DNA of 47,870 nt from a virus (Duplodnaviria; Caudoviricetes), in IMG/VR virus record IMGVR_UViG_3300020045_008682, positions 1 to 47,870 of that record, one strand, 5' to 3'. Below the pieces are notes generated by a model. It searched no databases, was not told the origin of the DNA, and was given only the letters and a program-made list of their open reading frames with translations. Shown piece after piece: positions 21,614 to 32,390 of the stretch; within the stretch, counting starts at the first letter, position 1, and every line of letters starts with the position of its first letter. The translations under genes were made by a program, and so were the position numbers.

Positions 21614-21961
21614 ATGAAACCATCAGATTTTAAAAAAATTATTAAAGAGGCAGTAAAGGAAGCCATTCAAGAAGAATTGAAAGATATTCTATTGGAAGCT
21701 GTCCGTGCCCCTAAAACAATTGTTACGGAGTCAATCAAGGACACTTACGCTCAACCACATCTTTCAAAACCAAAACAATTAACTCCAGCTGAAAGACAAG
21801 CTATGTTTGGAGGTATTTTAGAAGAAATGCAACATGGAGGAGCAGCTACTTCTCAATATGCTAATGAATTTAGACCCCAAAGTGTAGATACAATCAATGG
21901 TACTTTACCTGAAGGCAGTGTTGGGTTAGATCAAATTATGGCTTTAATGAACGGTAAATAA
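21614..21961 (+). CDS. hypothetical protein
   Basis: MKPSDFKKIIKEAVKEAIQEEL N-terminus; late motif upstream. Confidence 0.6.
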   Translation: MKPSDFKKIIKEAVKEAIQEELKDILLEAVRAPKTIVTESIKDTYAQPHLSKPKQLTPAERQAMFGGILEEMQHGGAATSQYANEFRPQSVDTINGTLPEGSVGLDQIMALMNGK

Positions 21962-22368
21962 TGGCATTTGGAGCAAAGAAAATATTCCCTATAGATACCC
22001 AACCAGGAACGGCTGTTGGGGTGGATATTCCTTTTAATGCTCCTGCTGTTTTTAAACCAAATTATACTACTCAAGCTTCAATAAAAAATAATTTAATTAA
22101 TTTCTTTTTAACAAATAAAAACGAAAGATATTTAAATCCAACTTTTGGAGGTGATTTAAGAGCATTTATTTTTCAACAAATAACAGAAGGAAATTTAGAT
22201 TATTTAAAACAAGACATTCAGTCTCAATTGGGTATATATTTCCAAAATGTAATTATTGGAAGTTTAGATATTGATTCAAATCCTGATATTAATCAAATTA
22301 ATGTTGTTTTAAAATATAGTATAAAAGATACTGGATTAACTGACGAAATACAATTAGCATTTATATAA
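21961..22368 (+). CDS. baseplate wedge subunit, gp25/GPW-like
   Basis: IKNNLINFFLTNKNERYLNPTFGGDL motif. Confidence 0.85.
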   Translation: MAFGAKKIFPIDTQPGTAVGVDIPFNAPAVFKPNYTTQASIKNNLINFFLTNKNERYLNPTFGGDLRAFIFQQITEGNLDYLKQDIQSQLGIYFQNVIIGSLDIDSNPDINQINVVLKYSIKDTGLTDEIQLAFI

Positions 22369-24227
22369 TGGCTACTAAAAAAAGAAATATAACCTATATT
22401 AATAAGGACTTTAGTGAACTAAGGGCTAGTTTAATTGACTATGCTAGAACTTATTTCCCCACTACTTATAATGATTTTTCTCCTACCTCTCCAGGTATGA
22501 TGTTTATGGAAATGGCCGCCTATGTAGGTGATGTTTTATCATTCTATATGGATAACCAAATCCAAGAAAACTTTTTACAGTATGCTCGTCAAACAAATAA
22601 CTTATATGAGTTAGCTTATATGTTTGGTTACAAACCAAATGTAACCCAAGTTGCTACTACTAATATAGATTTTTATCAACAAGTACCTTCAATATTATCA
22701 GGATCAACTTATGTTCCTGATTTTAGTTATTCTTTATTTATTGATCAAAATTCACAAGTAAGATCATCTACAAATAATGCAACATCTTTCTTAATACAAG
22801 ATCCAGTAGATTTTTCAGTATCAAGTTCAGGTGATCCAACCGAAGTTTCTATATATGCTACATCAGGTGGTAATCCTACTTACTTCTTATTAAAGAAAAC
22901 AAGACAAGCAGCTTCTGCTACTATTAATACTACAACCTTTAGTTTTGGAGCCCCTGTTTCCTTTAACACAGTTGATATTACAGCAGATAAAATTATTGGT
23001 ATTTTAGATATTACAGACAGTGATGGAAATGTTTGGTATGAGGTAGATTATTTGGCTCAAGAAACAGTATTTGATTCAATTAAAAATACAAATACAAACG
23101 ATCCTAATTTATCACAATATTCTGGAGATACTCCTTACTTATTACAATTACAATTAATTCAAAGACGATTTGCTACTCGTTTTATAAATTCTAGAACTCT
23201 TCAATTACAATTTGGAGCAGGTACAACATCAGATAATGATGCTGAAATTATTCCCAATCCAGATAACGTGGGTTTAGGATTACCTTTTGGTCAAAGTAAA
23301 TTAACAACCGCTTTTTCACCTTCAAACTTTATATTTACAAATACCTACGGTATTGCACCTTCAAATACTACTTTAACAGTAAGATATTTAACAGGTGGAG
23401 GAGCTGAAGCAAACGTACCTTCAAACGATTTAACAAATATTACAGCAAATATTAGCTTTTTAAATTCAAATTTAAATTCAACCACAGCTAATACTATATT
23501 TAACTCATTAGCAGTTACAAACCCAATAGCGGCTGATGGAGGTGGAGACGGAGATTCAATAGATGAAATCAGACAAAACGCTTCAGCTAATTATGCTTCT
23601 CAGTTACGTAACGTAACTCAAGATGATTACTTAGTAAGAACGCTTTCTATGCCTGCTAAGTATGGAGTTGTTGCTAAAGCTTTTATTGAACCAACTAAAG
23701 CACAATCTCAAACAGCAGGACAAAATGCCTCTATTTTAGATTTATATGTTTTAACTTTTGATATTAATAATAAACTAACCACAGCATCTCGTGCTTTAAA
23801 ACAAAACATCACTACTTACCTTTCTCAATATAGAATGGTTAATGATGCTGTTAATATCAAAGATGCTTTTATTATAAACATAGGGGTTAATTTTGATATT
23901 ATTATTTTACCTAATTTTAATAGTAATGAGGTTTTATCTAAATGTATTTTAGCATTACAAGATTTCTTTGCTATTAGTAAATGGGCAATTAATGAACCTA
24001 TTGTTTTAAGAGATCTTTACATATTGTTAGACGCTATTGAAGGTGTTCAAACAGTTAAATCAGTTAATATTACTAATTTAGTAGGAGAAAATTTAGGATA
24101 CTCACCTTATGCTTACGACATAAACGGAGCTACAATTTCAAATGTAGTTTATCCTTCACTAGACCCAAGTATTTTTGAAGTAAAATACCCAAATACAGAT
24201 ATTCAAGGAAGGGTAGTAAATTTATAA
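22368..24227 (+). CDS. baseplate wedge subunit, gp6/baseplate J-like
   Basis: KDFSELRASL, YNDFS..SPGMMF.E..AYVGDVLSFY, GGGD.DSIDEIR, RNVTQDDY. Confidence 0.85.
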   Translation: MATKKRNITYINKDFSELRASLIDYARTYFPTTYNDFSPTSPGMMFMEMAAYVGDVLSFYMDNQIQENFLQYARQTNNLYELAYMFGYKPNVTQVATTNIDFYQQVPSILSGSTYVPDFSYSLFIDQNSQVRSSTNNATSFLIQDPVDFSVSSSGDPTEVSIYATSGGNPTYFLLKKTRQAASATINTTTFSFGAPVSFNTVDITADKIIGILDITDSDGNVWYEVDYLAQETVFDSIKNTNTNDPNLSQYSGDTPYLLQLQLIQRRFATRFINSRTLQLQFGAGTTSDNDAEIIPNPDNVGLGLPFGQSKLTTAFSPSNFIFTNTYGIAPSNTTLTVRYLTGGGAEANVPSNDLTNITANISFLNSNLNSTTANTIFNSLAVTNPIAADGGGDGDSIDEIRQNASANYASQLRNVTQDDYLVRTLSMPAKYGVVAKAFIEPTKAQSQTAGQNASILDLYVLTFDINNKLTTASRALKQNITTYLSQYRMVNDAVNIKDAFIINIGVNFDIIILPNFNSNEVLSKCILALQDFFAISKWAINEPIVLRDLYILLDAIEGVQTVKSVNITNLVGENLGYSPYAYDINGATISNVVYPSLDPSIFEVKYPNTDIQGRVVNL

Positions 24228-24231
24228 CAAC

Positions 24232-25374
24232 ATGGCAGTATTAAAAATATTTCCCGAAAAAGACGCTACATTATATTCTTTATTTCCCCAAATGAATACG
24301 GGGTTAGATGAAATAGTTGAAGCTACTCTTACAACTTTTGCTTATTCAAACCCAAACCCACAAGCAAGTAGATTCTTAGTTCAATTTTCAGATGCGGATA
24401 TAGCTTCAGCTATTACTTTAATCCCACAAAGTAAATTTGATAATGGAAACTGGAAAGCCCAATTACAATGTTTTGTAGCTACAGTTACGGGCATTGCTGT
24501 TGATACTACTGTTAAATGTTTTCCTGTAGGTGTTTACTGGGGGATGGGAACAGGACGTTATTTAGATGATCCTATTTCAACAAATGGTGCCTCTTGGAGT
24601 TGGGCTGACTTTTCAGGAAGTCTTCCTTGGACAGCAAGTATACCTACAGGGGCTACAGCATCTTATACTTCTTCAGTTTTCCCAGGAGGTGGTGCTTGGT
24701 ACACAGGTTCTCAATATTCAGCATCAGTTACTTTTACTTACAGAACAGATAAAGATATTAATCTAGATGTAACAAATACTGTTAAAGCATGGGCCACGTC
24801 ATCAGGAGCTGTACCAACTCAAAAATTACCTAATTATGGATTCTTATTAAAACAAGATTTAGAATGGGTAAACAATAAAGATTATCAACCCGAATTAAAA
24901 TATTTTTCTGTTGATACTAATACAATTTATCCTCCTGCTTTACAAATTAGTTGGGATGATTTTGTATTTAATACTGGTTCTTCAACACAAACAATTTTAA
25001 ATACACTTCCAGCAACAGTTACTTTAGCACAAAATCCAGGAATATTTTATAGTGAAAGTATTAACAGATTTAGAGTAAATGCTCGTCCTGAATACCCAAT
25101 TCAGTTATGGCAAACAGAATCTGTTTATACTAACAATTATTATTTACCAACAGCCTCTTATTGGGCTATTAAAGATTTAGAAACAAATGAATACATTGTT
25201 GCTTTTGATTCTACTTATACTAAATTAAGTGCTGATGCTACCTCTAGTTACTTTGACTTACATATGAATTTCCTTCAACCAGAAAGATATTACACTATTT
25301 TGATTCAAAGTACTATAGATGGTTCAACAGTTGTATTTAATGACCAATACTACTTTAAAGTAATTAACGGATAA
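24232..25374 (+). CDS. virion structural protein
   Basis: KDATLYS, NYGFLLK, T.YPP.L motifs; within baseplate module. Confidence 0.6.
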   Translation: MAVLKIFPEKDATLYSLFPQMNTGLDEIVEATLTTFAYSNPNPQASRFLVQFSDADIASAITLIPQSKFDNGNWKAQLQCFVATVTGIAVDTTVKCFPVGVYWGMGTGRYLDDPISTNGASWSWADFSGSLPWTASIPTGATASYTSSVFPGGGAWYTGSQYSASVTFTYRTDKDINLDVTNTVKAWATSSGAVPTQKLPNYGFLLKQDLEWVNNKDYQPELKYFSVDTNTIYPPALQISWDDFVFNTGSSTQTILNTLPATVTLAQNPGIFYSESINRFRVNARPEYPIQLWQTESVYTNNYYLPTASYWAIKDLETNEYIVAFDSTYTKLSADATSSYFDLHMNFLQPERYYTILIQSTIDGSTVVFNDQYYFKVING

Positions 25375-25718
25375 TGGAGCAAATAAACTTAAATAAACAA
25401 GTTTATGATAAAAATCAATACCAAAAGGTAATTGATACTTCCTTTACTCAATTAGTATCTGTAACCTCTTCATTGGTTACATCATCAACTCCTCCAATTA
25501 CAGTAGATCAATTTTTCCAATATTACCAAGATTTGTTCTATATTATACCTAAACTAGGAGATGTAAATTCTCATGAGTATCTTATAAAAACGAGTACTGA
25601 TTATATTGGTGTTTCACAACAAACAAACGACACAATTCAAGCATTAGTTGAGGAAATAACATCTCTAAGACAAGAAAACCTTGATTTACAACAACAAATA
25701 ATCTCAGGAAGTATATAA
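25374..25718 (+). CDS. hypothetical structural-module protein
   Basis: 114 aa, coupled starts and stops. Confidence 0.6.
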   Translation: MEQINLNKQVYDKNQYQKVIDTSFTQLVSVTSSLVTSSTPPITVDQFFQYYQDLFYIIPKLGDVNSHEYLIKTSTDYIGVSQQTNDTIQALVEEITSLRQENLDLQQQIISGSI

Positions 25719-28700
25719 TGGCCGAAATAGTTAACATAAATCCGATAAACCCATTCACCTTTGAACTTCAGGAATATTCTATTTCTGATAGTTCTCTTAT
25801 TACTTCATTTAATATAGATACAACATTTAATCCTCAAGTAGATTACTTGGAATATTTTATTTATGATTTAAACGGTAACATTTTAATACAAAACGTTAGT
25901 GGGTATCCTGGATATTCTTTGGTAGATAATAATGTTGTTTTAGATCCTGAGGTCGATTTAAAAGCTTATGGTTATTCTGAAGGTCAATATAATACCTTAT
26001 ATAACTTTTTAAGTCCAAAATTAGGTTCTAATAGTTTTAATACCTATTACATTTCAGAAATTAGTTCTGATAGAACTGAAATTAGATTAGACACAACAGC
26101 TATTCCTAATGATTTAGTAATTTCCTCTTCTTTAGAGTTGATTAACGACATTACAAATTCAACAGGAAGTTATTATGATTTTTATCTAGATTTTGGTAAT
26201 AATGATTTAGTTATTGCTGTTAATGCTTTATTAGATACTACAGATCCTAATAATCCTACAGTTTTAATTAAGTTATATGAGCCATTACCTTCACAATTTG
26301 ATTTACAATCTCAATTATGGGTTGTAACCCAAGTATCAGAACCTGTTGCCTACAATATTAATATTTCTCAAACTTTTGATATTGCAAGTAATAATATACA
26401 ATTAAGAGGTCCTAACACTAATATCGGTGTTAAAAACCAAATTAATAACTCTACAGATTATTCTAACTATCAAGCATTATCTGCTACTACTGCTAAAACA
26501 GGATCTAATAGTTTACAATATCAGTTAAATAATTTACTAGCTCAAACAGGAGTAACAGTAAACGTAGATTATTCTGATTATTCTAATTTTATTCATTTTT
26601 CTAATGCTCAAGTAAGATTAGAAAATTTTTATTACAAATTAGCATTAATTGAACAATATTCTTATAGTTCAAGTTTATCGGATAATGCCCCTGCAAACTA
26701 CTATACATCTCAAAGTAGTGTAATTTATCAAAGCAAAATAGATGCTCTTATTACTACTTTTGATAACTACGAGTACTACTTATACTATAATTCAGGTTCA
26801 ACTTGTTGGCCTAAATCAAATACTGCTCCTCCATATGTAAACGTATCTACAACCTCATCAGCAGGTTTAACTTGGTTTGCAAGCCAATCAGCAGTAGCAG
26901 AATTATATGATTCCGAAAATAATGATGCTTTAACTTTAGCTATTCCCTCATATTTAAGAGATGATGATAACAACCAACAATTCATTTTATTTGTTGAAAT
27001 GGTTGGTCAATTATTTGATGAGGTATTTGTTTATTTACAAGGAATCACAGACAAATCAGATAACGATAACCGATTAACTTATGGTGTTTCTAAAGATTTA
27101 GTAGCTGATGTTTTAAGAGATTTAGGTATTAAAATTTACCAAAACAATTTCTCATCAAACGATCTTTATCAGGCATTAATTGGTATGACTCCATCAGGTA
27201 GTCTATTTAATTTACCTTTTACTACTCCGACACTACCAGTGCCAACAGGATCGGGTTTAGAGTATATAACAACGTATATAACAGCATCAACTACCAGTTC
27301 GTTGATACCCACATACGACATAAATGCCTCTATTTATAAACGAATATATAACAGCGTTCCTTATATTTTAAAGAAAAAAGGTTCATACGCTGGTTTAAGA
27401 GCTTTAATTAACTTATTTGGAGTTCCTGATACTGTATTAAGAATTTCTGAATTTGGAGGTCAAAATAAGACTAATACTAATGATTATGACTATTGGTATA
27501 ATCAATTTAATTATGCTTTTTATACCTCAGGTTCAAACTACGTAACTTCATCTTTTAGTTTAAATACTGCTTGGGCCTCTAGTAATAACGTTCCTCAAGC
27601 CGTTGAATTTAGATTTAAAACCGATGGTTTACCTCAAAACACAGCAAGTATTGCTTCTCAAAGTTTATGGGAAACAAGTAATAATGTTAAATTAGTTTTA
27701 AAATATACTGGTTCAGGATATACAAGTGGATCTTACTCAGGTTCAGTAATAAATCCTTATAACCAATATGCTAAACTAGATTTTTCACCTGACCCAGCAT
27801 CACCAAATACATCAGCAAGTGTATATTTACCTTTCTACGATGGAGGTTGGTGGTCTGTTTTAGTAAATAAAGAAGGTACAAACTATACTTTAACAGCAAA
27901 AAACAAAATCTATATTGGAGATGATGGTAATTTTATAGGTTTCCAAGCATCTTCATCTGTAACATCATCTGCTACCTCTTGGAATAACAGTACGGTATCT
28001 TATTTTGGTGTTTCATCCTCATTATCCGGAAAAGTATTTACTGGTTCTTTACAAGAAATTAGATACTATACTAATGCTTTATCTCAAAGTAACTTTGATG
28101 ATTATGTAATGAACCCTTTGGCTATTGATGGTAATTATGTTAATTCTGCTCCTTATGTTTTAGCTTTTAGAGCACCTTTAGGTTCAGATTTAATTACAGG
28201 TTCAACTACCTCAATCCATCCTAAAGTAACAGGATCTTGGGTTACTACATCTTCATTTGCCTCTAATAGTAGTTATTACTACAAATCAACTCCTGCTTTT
28301 GAAAACAATACAGAAGTTGTTTTTGTAAATGAATTTCCTGCAGGTATTAAAAACAGGATTTCAAATAAAATCCAACAACAAAATTTAATATTACCTTATA
28401 GTTCTAGTACCGATCCTAATACTCCTTATAATCAAGTATTATCCCCATTCAGATCAATACAACAACAAGATGCTTTAAGTGGTTCGTACACTAAAAATAT
28501 TAATTATGTTGAAATTGCTTTTTCACCTCAAAATGAAATAAACGATGATATTAATGAACAATTAGGTTACTTTAATATTGGTGAGTATATTGGAGACCCA
28601 AGATTACAATCCACTACAGCAGAATCATATCCTGCTTTAGATGCTTTAAGGGATGCTTATTTTGAAAAATATTCTTCTAACTATCAGTGGTTTGACTACA

Positions 28701-30643
28701 TCAGATTAATTGAATTCTTTGATAACTCTTTATTCAAGATGTTACAAGACTTCATTCCAGCTAGAACAGATTTAGCTGCTGGTATTGTAGTTAAACAACA
28801 CGTTTTAGAAAGAAATAAATATCCTGTTCCTCAAGTAACACTTACTGCCTCTTTAGCTAATGTTGCTTCGGGTTCAACAAATATTCCTTATGTAGTTCAA
28901 GATCAAACAATTACTGCCTCAATTTTAGTAGGACACATTACTGGAAGTAATGGAGGTACAATGCCTGATTTGTTTGGTCAAACCCAATCATTTAATTATT
29001 TTTCAAACATTACTCAAAGCTGGTCAGGTAGCAATTTAACTCCTGCTGGTTATGTAGGATATATTCATGATTCTCAAGATGAATTCTTTAACGGAGAATT
29101 AAGTGGATCTGTATTAACTGTTACCACAGGATCTTTAAGTGATTGTAATGTTGAAGTAATTCAAGCTTATTCTACTAGTTCTATAAACGGACCATTTACA
29201 GGAATAACTTTTTATTATTTTAATGGTTTTGATTTTGATACTAATAAAACATATTATTTAACATTTACCGAAGCTAATGATGCTTCAGCTCTTGCCAGTG
29301 GATCTATTCAAATTACTGATTCATCAAACGCTTCTGGAAATCAAAGAATAATTTATTCTGGAAGTGGTAATTTAGCTCCTGGTGCCTCTAGAACTATAAA
29401 TAATTTAGAAGTTCAAGGAATTGTTCCTCCATTGATTTTCTCAAACAATAATACTTTAGCATATCTTACAGTAACTGCTTTTACAGCATCTGTAGCTTTT
29501 ATAGATCAAGATTGTGAAGTTTTATCTGGAGATGCTCAAATTGAAAGACAAAGTTCTAAATATATGTTGGCTGACTTTAATAATAGTTTTTCAACAGCAT
29601 CTAATGAAGCAGCTGTCTTAGGAGGTTATGCTACTAAAGCAGCAGTTCAAGACTCAAATTATACTTCTTATAGAGTAGCAAATCCAAGATACTATGGCTC
29701 ACGAACCACATCATCAGGATTTAATTTACCTATGACTACAGGAAGTTCAATTGGTGAAGTACCTAACGTTGAACAATTAGGATCTTACTTTATATACTTT
29801 GACTGGGTTGGTTCAACAAACCCTGAAGTAAAAAATGCATATAATATCCATGCTAAATTTATGGTAGATGAATTAGGGAACGTAATTAATCCTGGAAATG
29901 CATCATCATCTTACTACTATAATTTACTTGATACTTATCCTGATGATTCAACTCCAACCTTAACTTTATATAATACAGCAGGTAGTGATGGAGGTTCAAG
30001 AACATTCCCTGTAATTAAACCAGGAGTAGAGGTATGGCCTATCGTTTATACTGATAGTGGATCTTTAGGTAATAATTACATTCCAACAATTAGTTTTAAT
30101 AATGGAGGTGCTTCAATATCTGTTTCCAACTTCTGGACAACCGGATCAGCTTCCCCTTCAGTATTAACTTCGTCAACAAACTTAGCTATTCCCTTACAAA
30201 CATCTTTAGCTGATGTTTACCAAAACGGTAATCCACCTTATGCTTATGGGTTTGAAAGTGCTAGTTTTAGTCAAGTACCTGTAAACGGAACTGGTTTTAG
30301 TGAACCTTTACCATTTAACATCTTACCATATGATGAATTTAGAGTATCAGGATCAGAAGATTTAGTGTGGCAGATAATTAGTTCATCTCATACTTACACA
30401 GCAGGTGTGTCTACTAATTTATATGTTTATTTAGACAGAGCTTATACTGGATCTTATCCACCAGATTATTTTACAATTAGAAGATATGTAACAAACCCAA
30501 GCTTAATTATTGTTGAATCAACTTCATCTGTAGTAAATGCTGGAGGTGGAACAGGATTCTTACTACCACAATATACGTCTCAAACATTAACTACTAATTT
30601 TAACGATATAATTCAAAACTTAGCACAAAAGAACTTAATTTAA
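25718..30643 (+). CDS. large baseplate wedge/tail protein with LamG-like domain
   Basis: 1641 aa; EISSDRTEIR, KKGSYAGLRALINLFG (tail protein I/gp7-like), FTGSLQEIRYY. Confidence 0.7.
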   Translation: MAEIVNINPINPFTFELQEYSISDSSLITSFNIDTTFNPQVDYLEYFIYDLNGNILIQNVSGYPGYSLVDNNVVLDPEVDLKAYGYSEGQYNTLYNFLSPKLGSNSFNTYYISEISSDRTEIRLDTTAIPNDLVISSSLELINDITNSTGSYYDFYLDFGNNDLVIAVNALLDTTDPNNPTVLIKLYEPLPSQFDLQSQLWVVTQVSEPVAYNINISQTFDIASNNIQLRGPNTNIGVKNQINNSTDYSNYQALSATTAKTGSNSLQYQLNNLLAQTGVTVNVDYSDYSNFIHFSNAQVRLENFYYKLALIEQYSYSSSLSDNAPANYYTSQSSVIYQSKIDALITTFDNYEYYLYYNSGSTCWPKSNTAPPYVNVSTTSSAGLTWFASQSAVAELYDSENNDALTLAIPSYLRDDDNNQQFILFVEMVGQLFDEVFVYLQGITDKSDNDNRLTYGVSKDLVADVLRDLGIKIYQNNFSSNDLYQALIGMTPSGSLFNLPFTTPTLPVPTGSGLEYITTYITASTTSSLIPTYDINASIYKRIYNSVPYILKKKGSYAGLRALINLFGVPDTVLRISEFGGQNKTNTNDYDYWYNQFNYAFYTSGSNYVTSSFSLNTAWASSNNVPQAVEFRFKTDGLPQNTASIASQSLWETSNNVKLVLKYTGSGYTSGSYSGSVINPYNQYAKLDFSPDPASPNTSASVYLPFYDGGWWSVLVNKEGTNYTLTAKNKIYIGDDGNFIGFQASSSVTSSATSWNNSTVSYFGVSSSLSGKVFTGSLQEIRYYTNALSQSNFDDYVMNPLAIDGNYVNSAPYVLAFRAPLGSDLITGSTTSIHPKVTGSWVTTSSFASNSSYYYKSTPAFENNTEVVFVNEFPAGIKNRISNKIQQQNLILPYSSSTDPNTPYNQVLSPFRSIQQQDALSGSYTKNINYVEIAFSPQNEINDDINEQLGYFNIGEYIGDPRLQSTTAESYPALDALRDAYFEKYSSNYQWFDYIRLIEFFDNSLFKMLQDFIPARTDLAAGIVVKQHVLERNKYPVPQVTLTASLANVASGSTNIPYVVQDQTITASILVGHITGSNGGTMPDLFGQTQSFNYFSNITQSWSGSNLTPAGYVGYIHDSQDEFFNGELSGSVLTVTTGSLSDCNVEVIQAYSTSSINGPFTGITFYYFNGFDFDTNKTYYLTFTEANDASALASGSIQITDSSNASGNQRIIYSGSGNLAPGASRTINNLEVQGIVPPLIFSNNNTLAYLTVTAFTASVAFIDQDCEVLSGDAQIERQSSKYMLADFNNSFSTASNEAAVLGGYATKAAVQDSNYTSYRVANPRYYGSRTTSSGFNLPMTTGSSIGEVPNVEQLGSYFIYFDWVGSTNPEVKNAYNIHAKFMVDELGNVINPGNASSSYYYNLLDTYPDDSTPTLTLYNTAGSDGGSRTFPVIKPGVEVWPIVYTDSGSLGNNYIPTISFNNGGASISVSNFWTTGSASPSVLTSSTNLAIPLQTSLADVYQNGNPPYAYGFESASFSQVPVNGTGFSEPLPFNILPYDEFRVSGSEDLVWQIISSSHTYTAGVSTNLYVYLDRAYTGSYPPDYFTIRRYVTNPSLIIVESTSSVVNAGGGTGFLLPQYTSQTLTTNFNDIIQNLAQKNLI

Positions 30644-30671
30644 CATATTTATAACAAAATATTAAACTCAA

Positions 30672-31337
30672 ATGGGATATTTAAATAATACAGTAGTAAC
30701 AGTTGATGCAATCTTAACAGATGTAGGACGTCAATTACTAGCTCAAAATGATGGTCAATTTAGGATTACACAGTATGCTTTGGCAGACGATGAAATTGAT
30801 TATACTTTGTACAATCCAACAAATCCTTCAGGTTCTGCTTATTACGGTGAAGCTATTGTAAATATGCCTTTGTTGGAGGCATTTCCTCAAGCTACCCAAA
30901 CCATGAAATATAAGTTAGTAACTTTGCCTCGTGGAACTGCTAAAATGCCTATTATTAATATTGGTTATTCTTCAATTATTATTAAACAAGGTGCTTCATT
31001 AGCAATTACTCCTCAAACATTAAACTATCAAGGTGGAAATACTTACGAAGCTAGTGGTTACACAGCTACTATTTCTGATGTTAGATTGTTTAGTATTTTT
31101 GAGGGTGTTGGTATTAACACACCATCAGTTCAAGCTTTAAATTTAGCAAACCAAACTACAACTTTAGGTACTTCAGTATCTAAAACAGTAGTAGGTACTA
31201 CAATTAACATGACTGCTACTACAGTTAATGTATTGTTTGGATCAACATTAACTCAATTACAAGCATCTTTAACTATCGAAGGTAGAGACAGTGGTGCTCG
31301 TACGACAATTCCTGTAACTGTAACTAAAGTATCTTAA
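30672..31337 (+). CDS. virion structural protein (tail-associated)
   Basis: DAILTDVGR.LLA...FRITQYALADDEIDY motif. Confidence 0.6.
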   Translation: MGYLNNTVVTVDAILTDVGRQLLAQNDGQFRITQYALADDEIDYTLYNPTNPSGSAYYGEAIVNMPLLEAFPQATQTMKYKLVTLPRGTAKMPIINIGYSSIIIKQGASLAITPQTLNYQGGNTYEASGYTATISDVRLFSIFEGVGINTPSVQALNLANQTTTLGTSVSKTVVGTTINMTATTVNVLFGSTLTQLQASLTIEGRDSGARTTIPVTVTKVS

Positions 31338-31347
31338 TATATAAAAA

Positions 31348-32385
31348 ATGTCTTTTGCAAGATTAGCACCCGAAGATTTCTTAGTAAGCACAGATGCTGT
31401 TTCCGCTCCTTTATGGACTAGTGGCAGTGCCAACCTTACAACATATTTTACATCATCTGTTCAAGCAAACGGAACAGCCGGTAACTATTATTTAAACGTT
31501 TTTGATTCAGCAGCTACTTCTTCAATCCAATTTGCAATTGCTTATGGTAATTCTTTTGGTAGTGGTAGTCACGTTTATAATAATATTGTAAACGGTTTGT
31601 CTCCTACTTCAACAGTTTGGGGACAGTGGCAAGATTTAACTATTGGAAATTCTTATACCAATTTTGTATTTGGAGCTGTTTCCTCATCTGAATTTTTTGC
31701 TTTGTCAATGGAAAGAGCTTGTTATAAAGAATCTTTATTCTTAGGTTCTTTAGCACTTAAAATTTCAGGTAGTGGAGGATTTGTTACAGTAACTGATAAC
31801 AGTAATTATGTTTCTAATGTAACTTATGGTCCAGCAGGTAGAGTATTCCAATTAATATCAGGATCACAAGGTGTTAGATATACAGGTTCAGCAACAACAA
31901 CAGATGGTTACTCAGCTAACTCTGGTTCTTATGGTTGGTTATTACCTGATATTGGAACTATTATCTTAAACCCATTAGCTTTAGCTGCTCCAGCTATTAG
32001 TGGTGGTATTGCTTTTGCTTATAGCGGTTCAGGTTTTTCAGGTTCAGCAACTTATTCTTCAGCAACTAACGCAAATGCTCAATTATACAGAGCAATTTCG
32101 GCTTCAGCAAACTTCTACTTAAACTCACAAGAATCAATTACTTCAGATTATGTGTTTGTAAGACCAAGAAGTACAGAATTCAACTACTCAGAAAACCCTT
32201 CATTTATTTCAGGTTCAACTGGCGAAGTATTATATAGTAACTTTATTAATAATCCTCAAGTTTATATTACTACTATTGGTTTATACAACGATACAAACCA
32301 ATTATTAGCTGTAGCTAAACTTTCTAGACCATTGTTAAAAGATTTTACTAAAGAAGCTCTTGTGAGAGTTAAACTTGATTTCTAA
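31348..32385 (+). CDS. virion structural protein
   Basis: C-terminal YITTIGLYND..QLLAVAKLSRP, paralogous to next gene. Confidence 0.65.
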   Translation: MSFARLAPEDFLVSTDAVSAPLWTSGSANLTTYFTSSVQANGTAGNYYLNVFDSAATSSIQFAIAYGNSFGSGSHVYNNIVNGLSPTSTVWGQWQDLTIGNSYTNFVFGAVSSSEFFALSMERACYKESLFLGSLALKISGSGGFVTVTDNSNYVSNVTYGPAGRVFQLISGSQGVRYTGSATTTDGYSANSGSYGWLLPDIGTIILNPLALAAPAISGGIAFAYSGSGFSGSATYSSATNANAQLYRAISASANFYLNSQESITSDYVFVRPRSTEFNYSENPSFISGSTGEVLYSNFINNPQVYITTIGLYNDTNQLLAVAKLSRPLLKDFTKEALVRVKLDF

Positions 32386-32390
32386 AATGA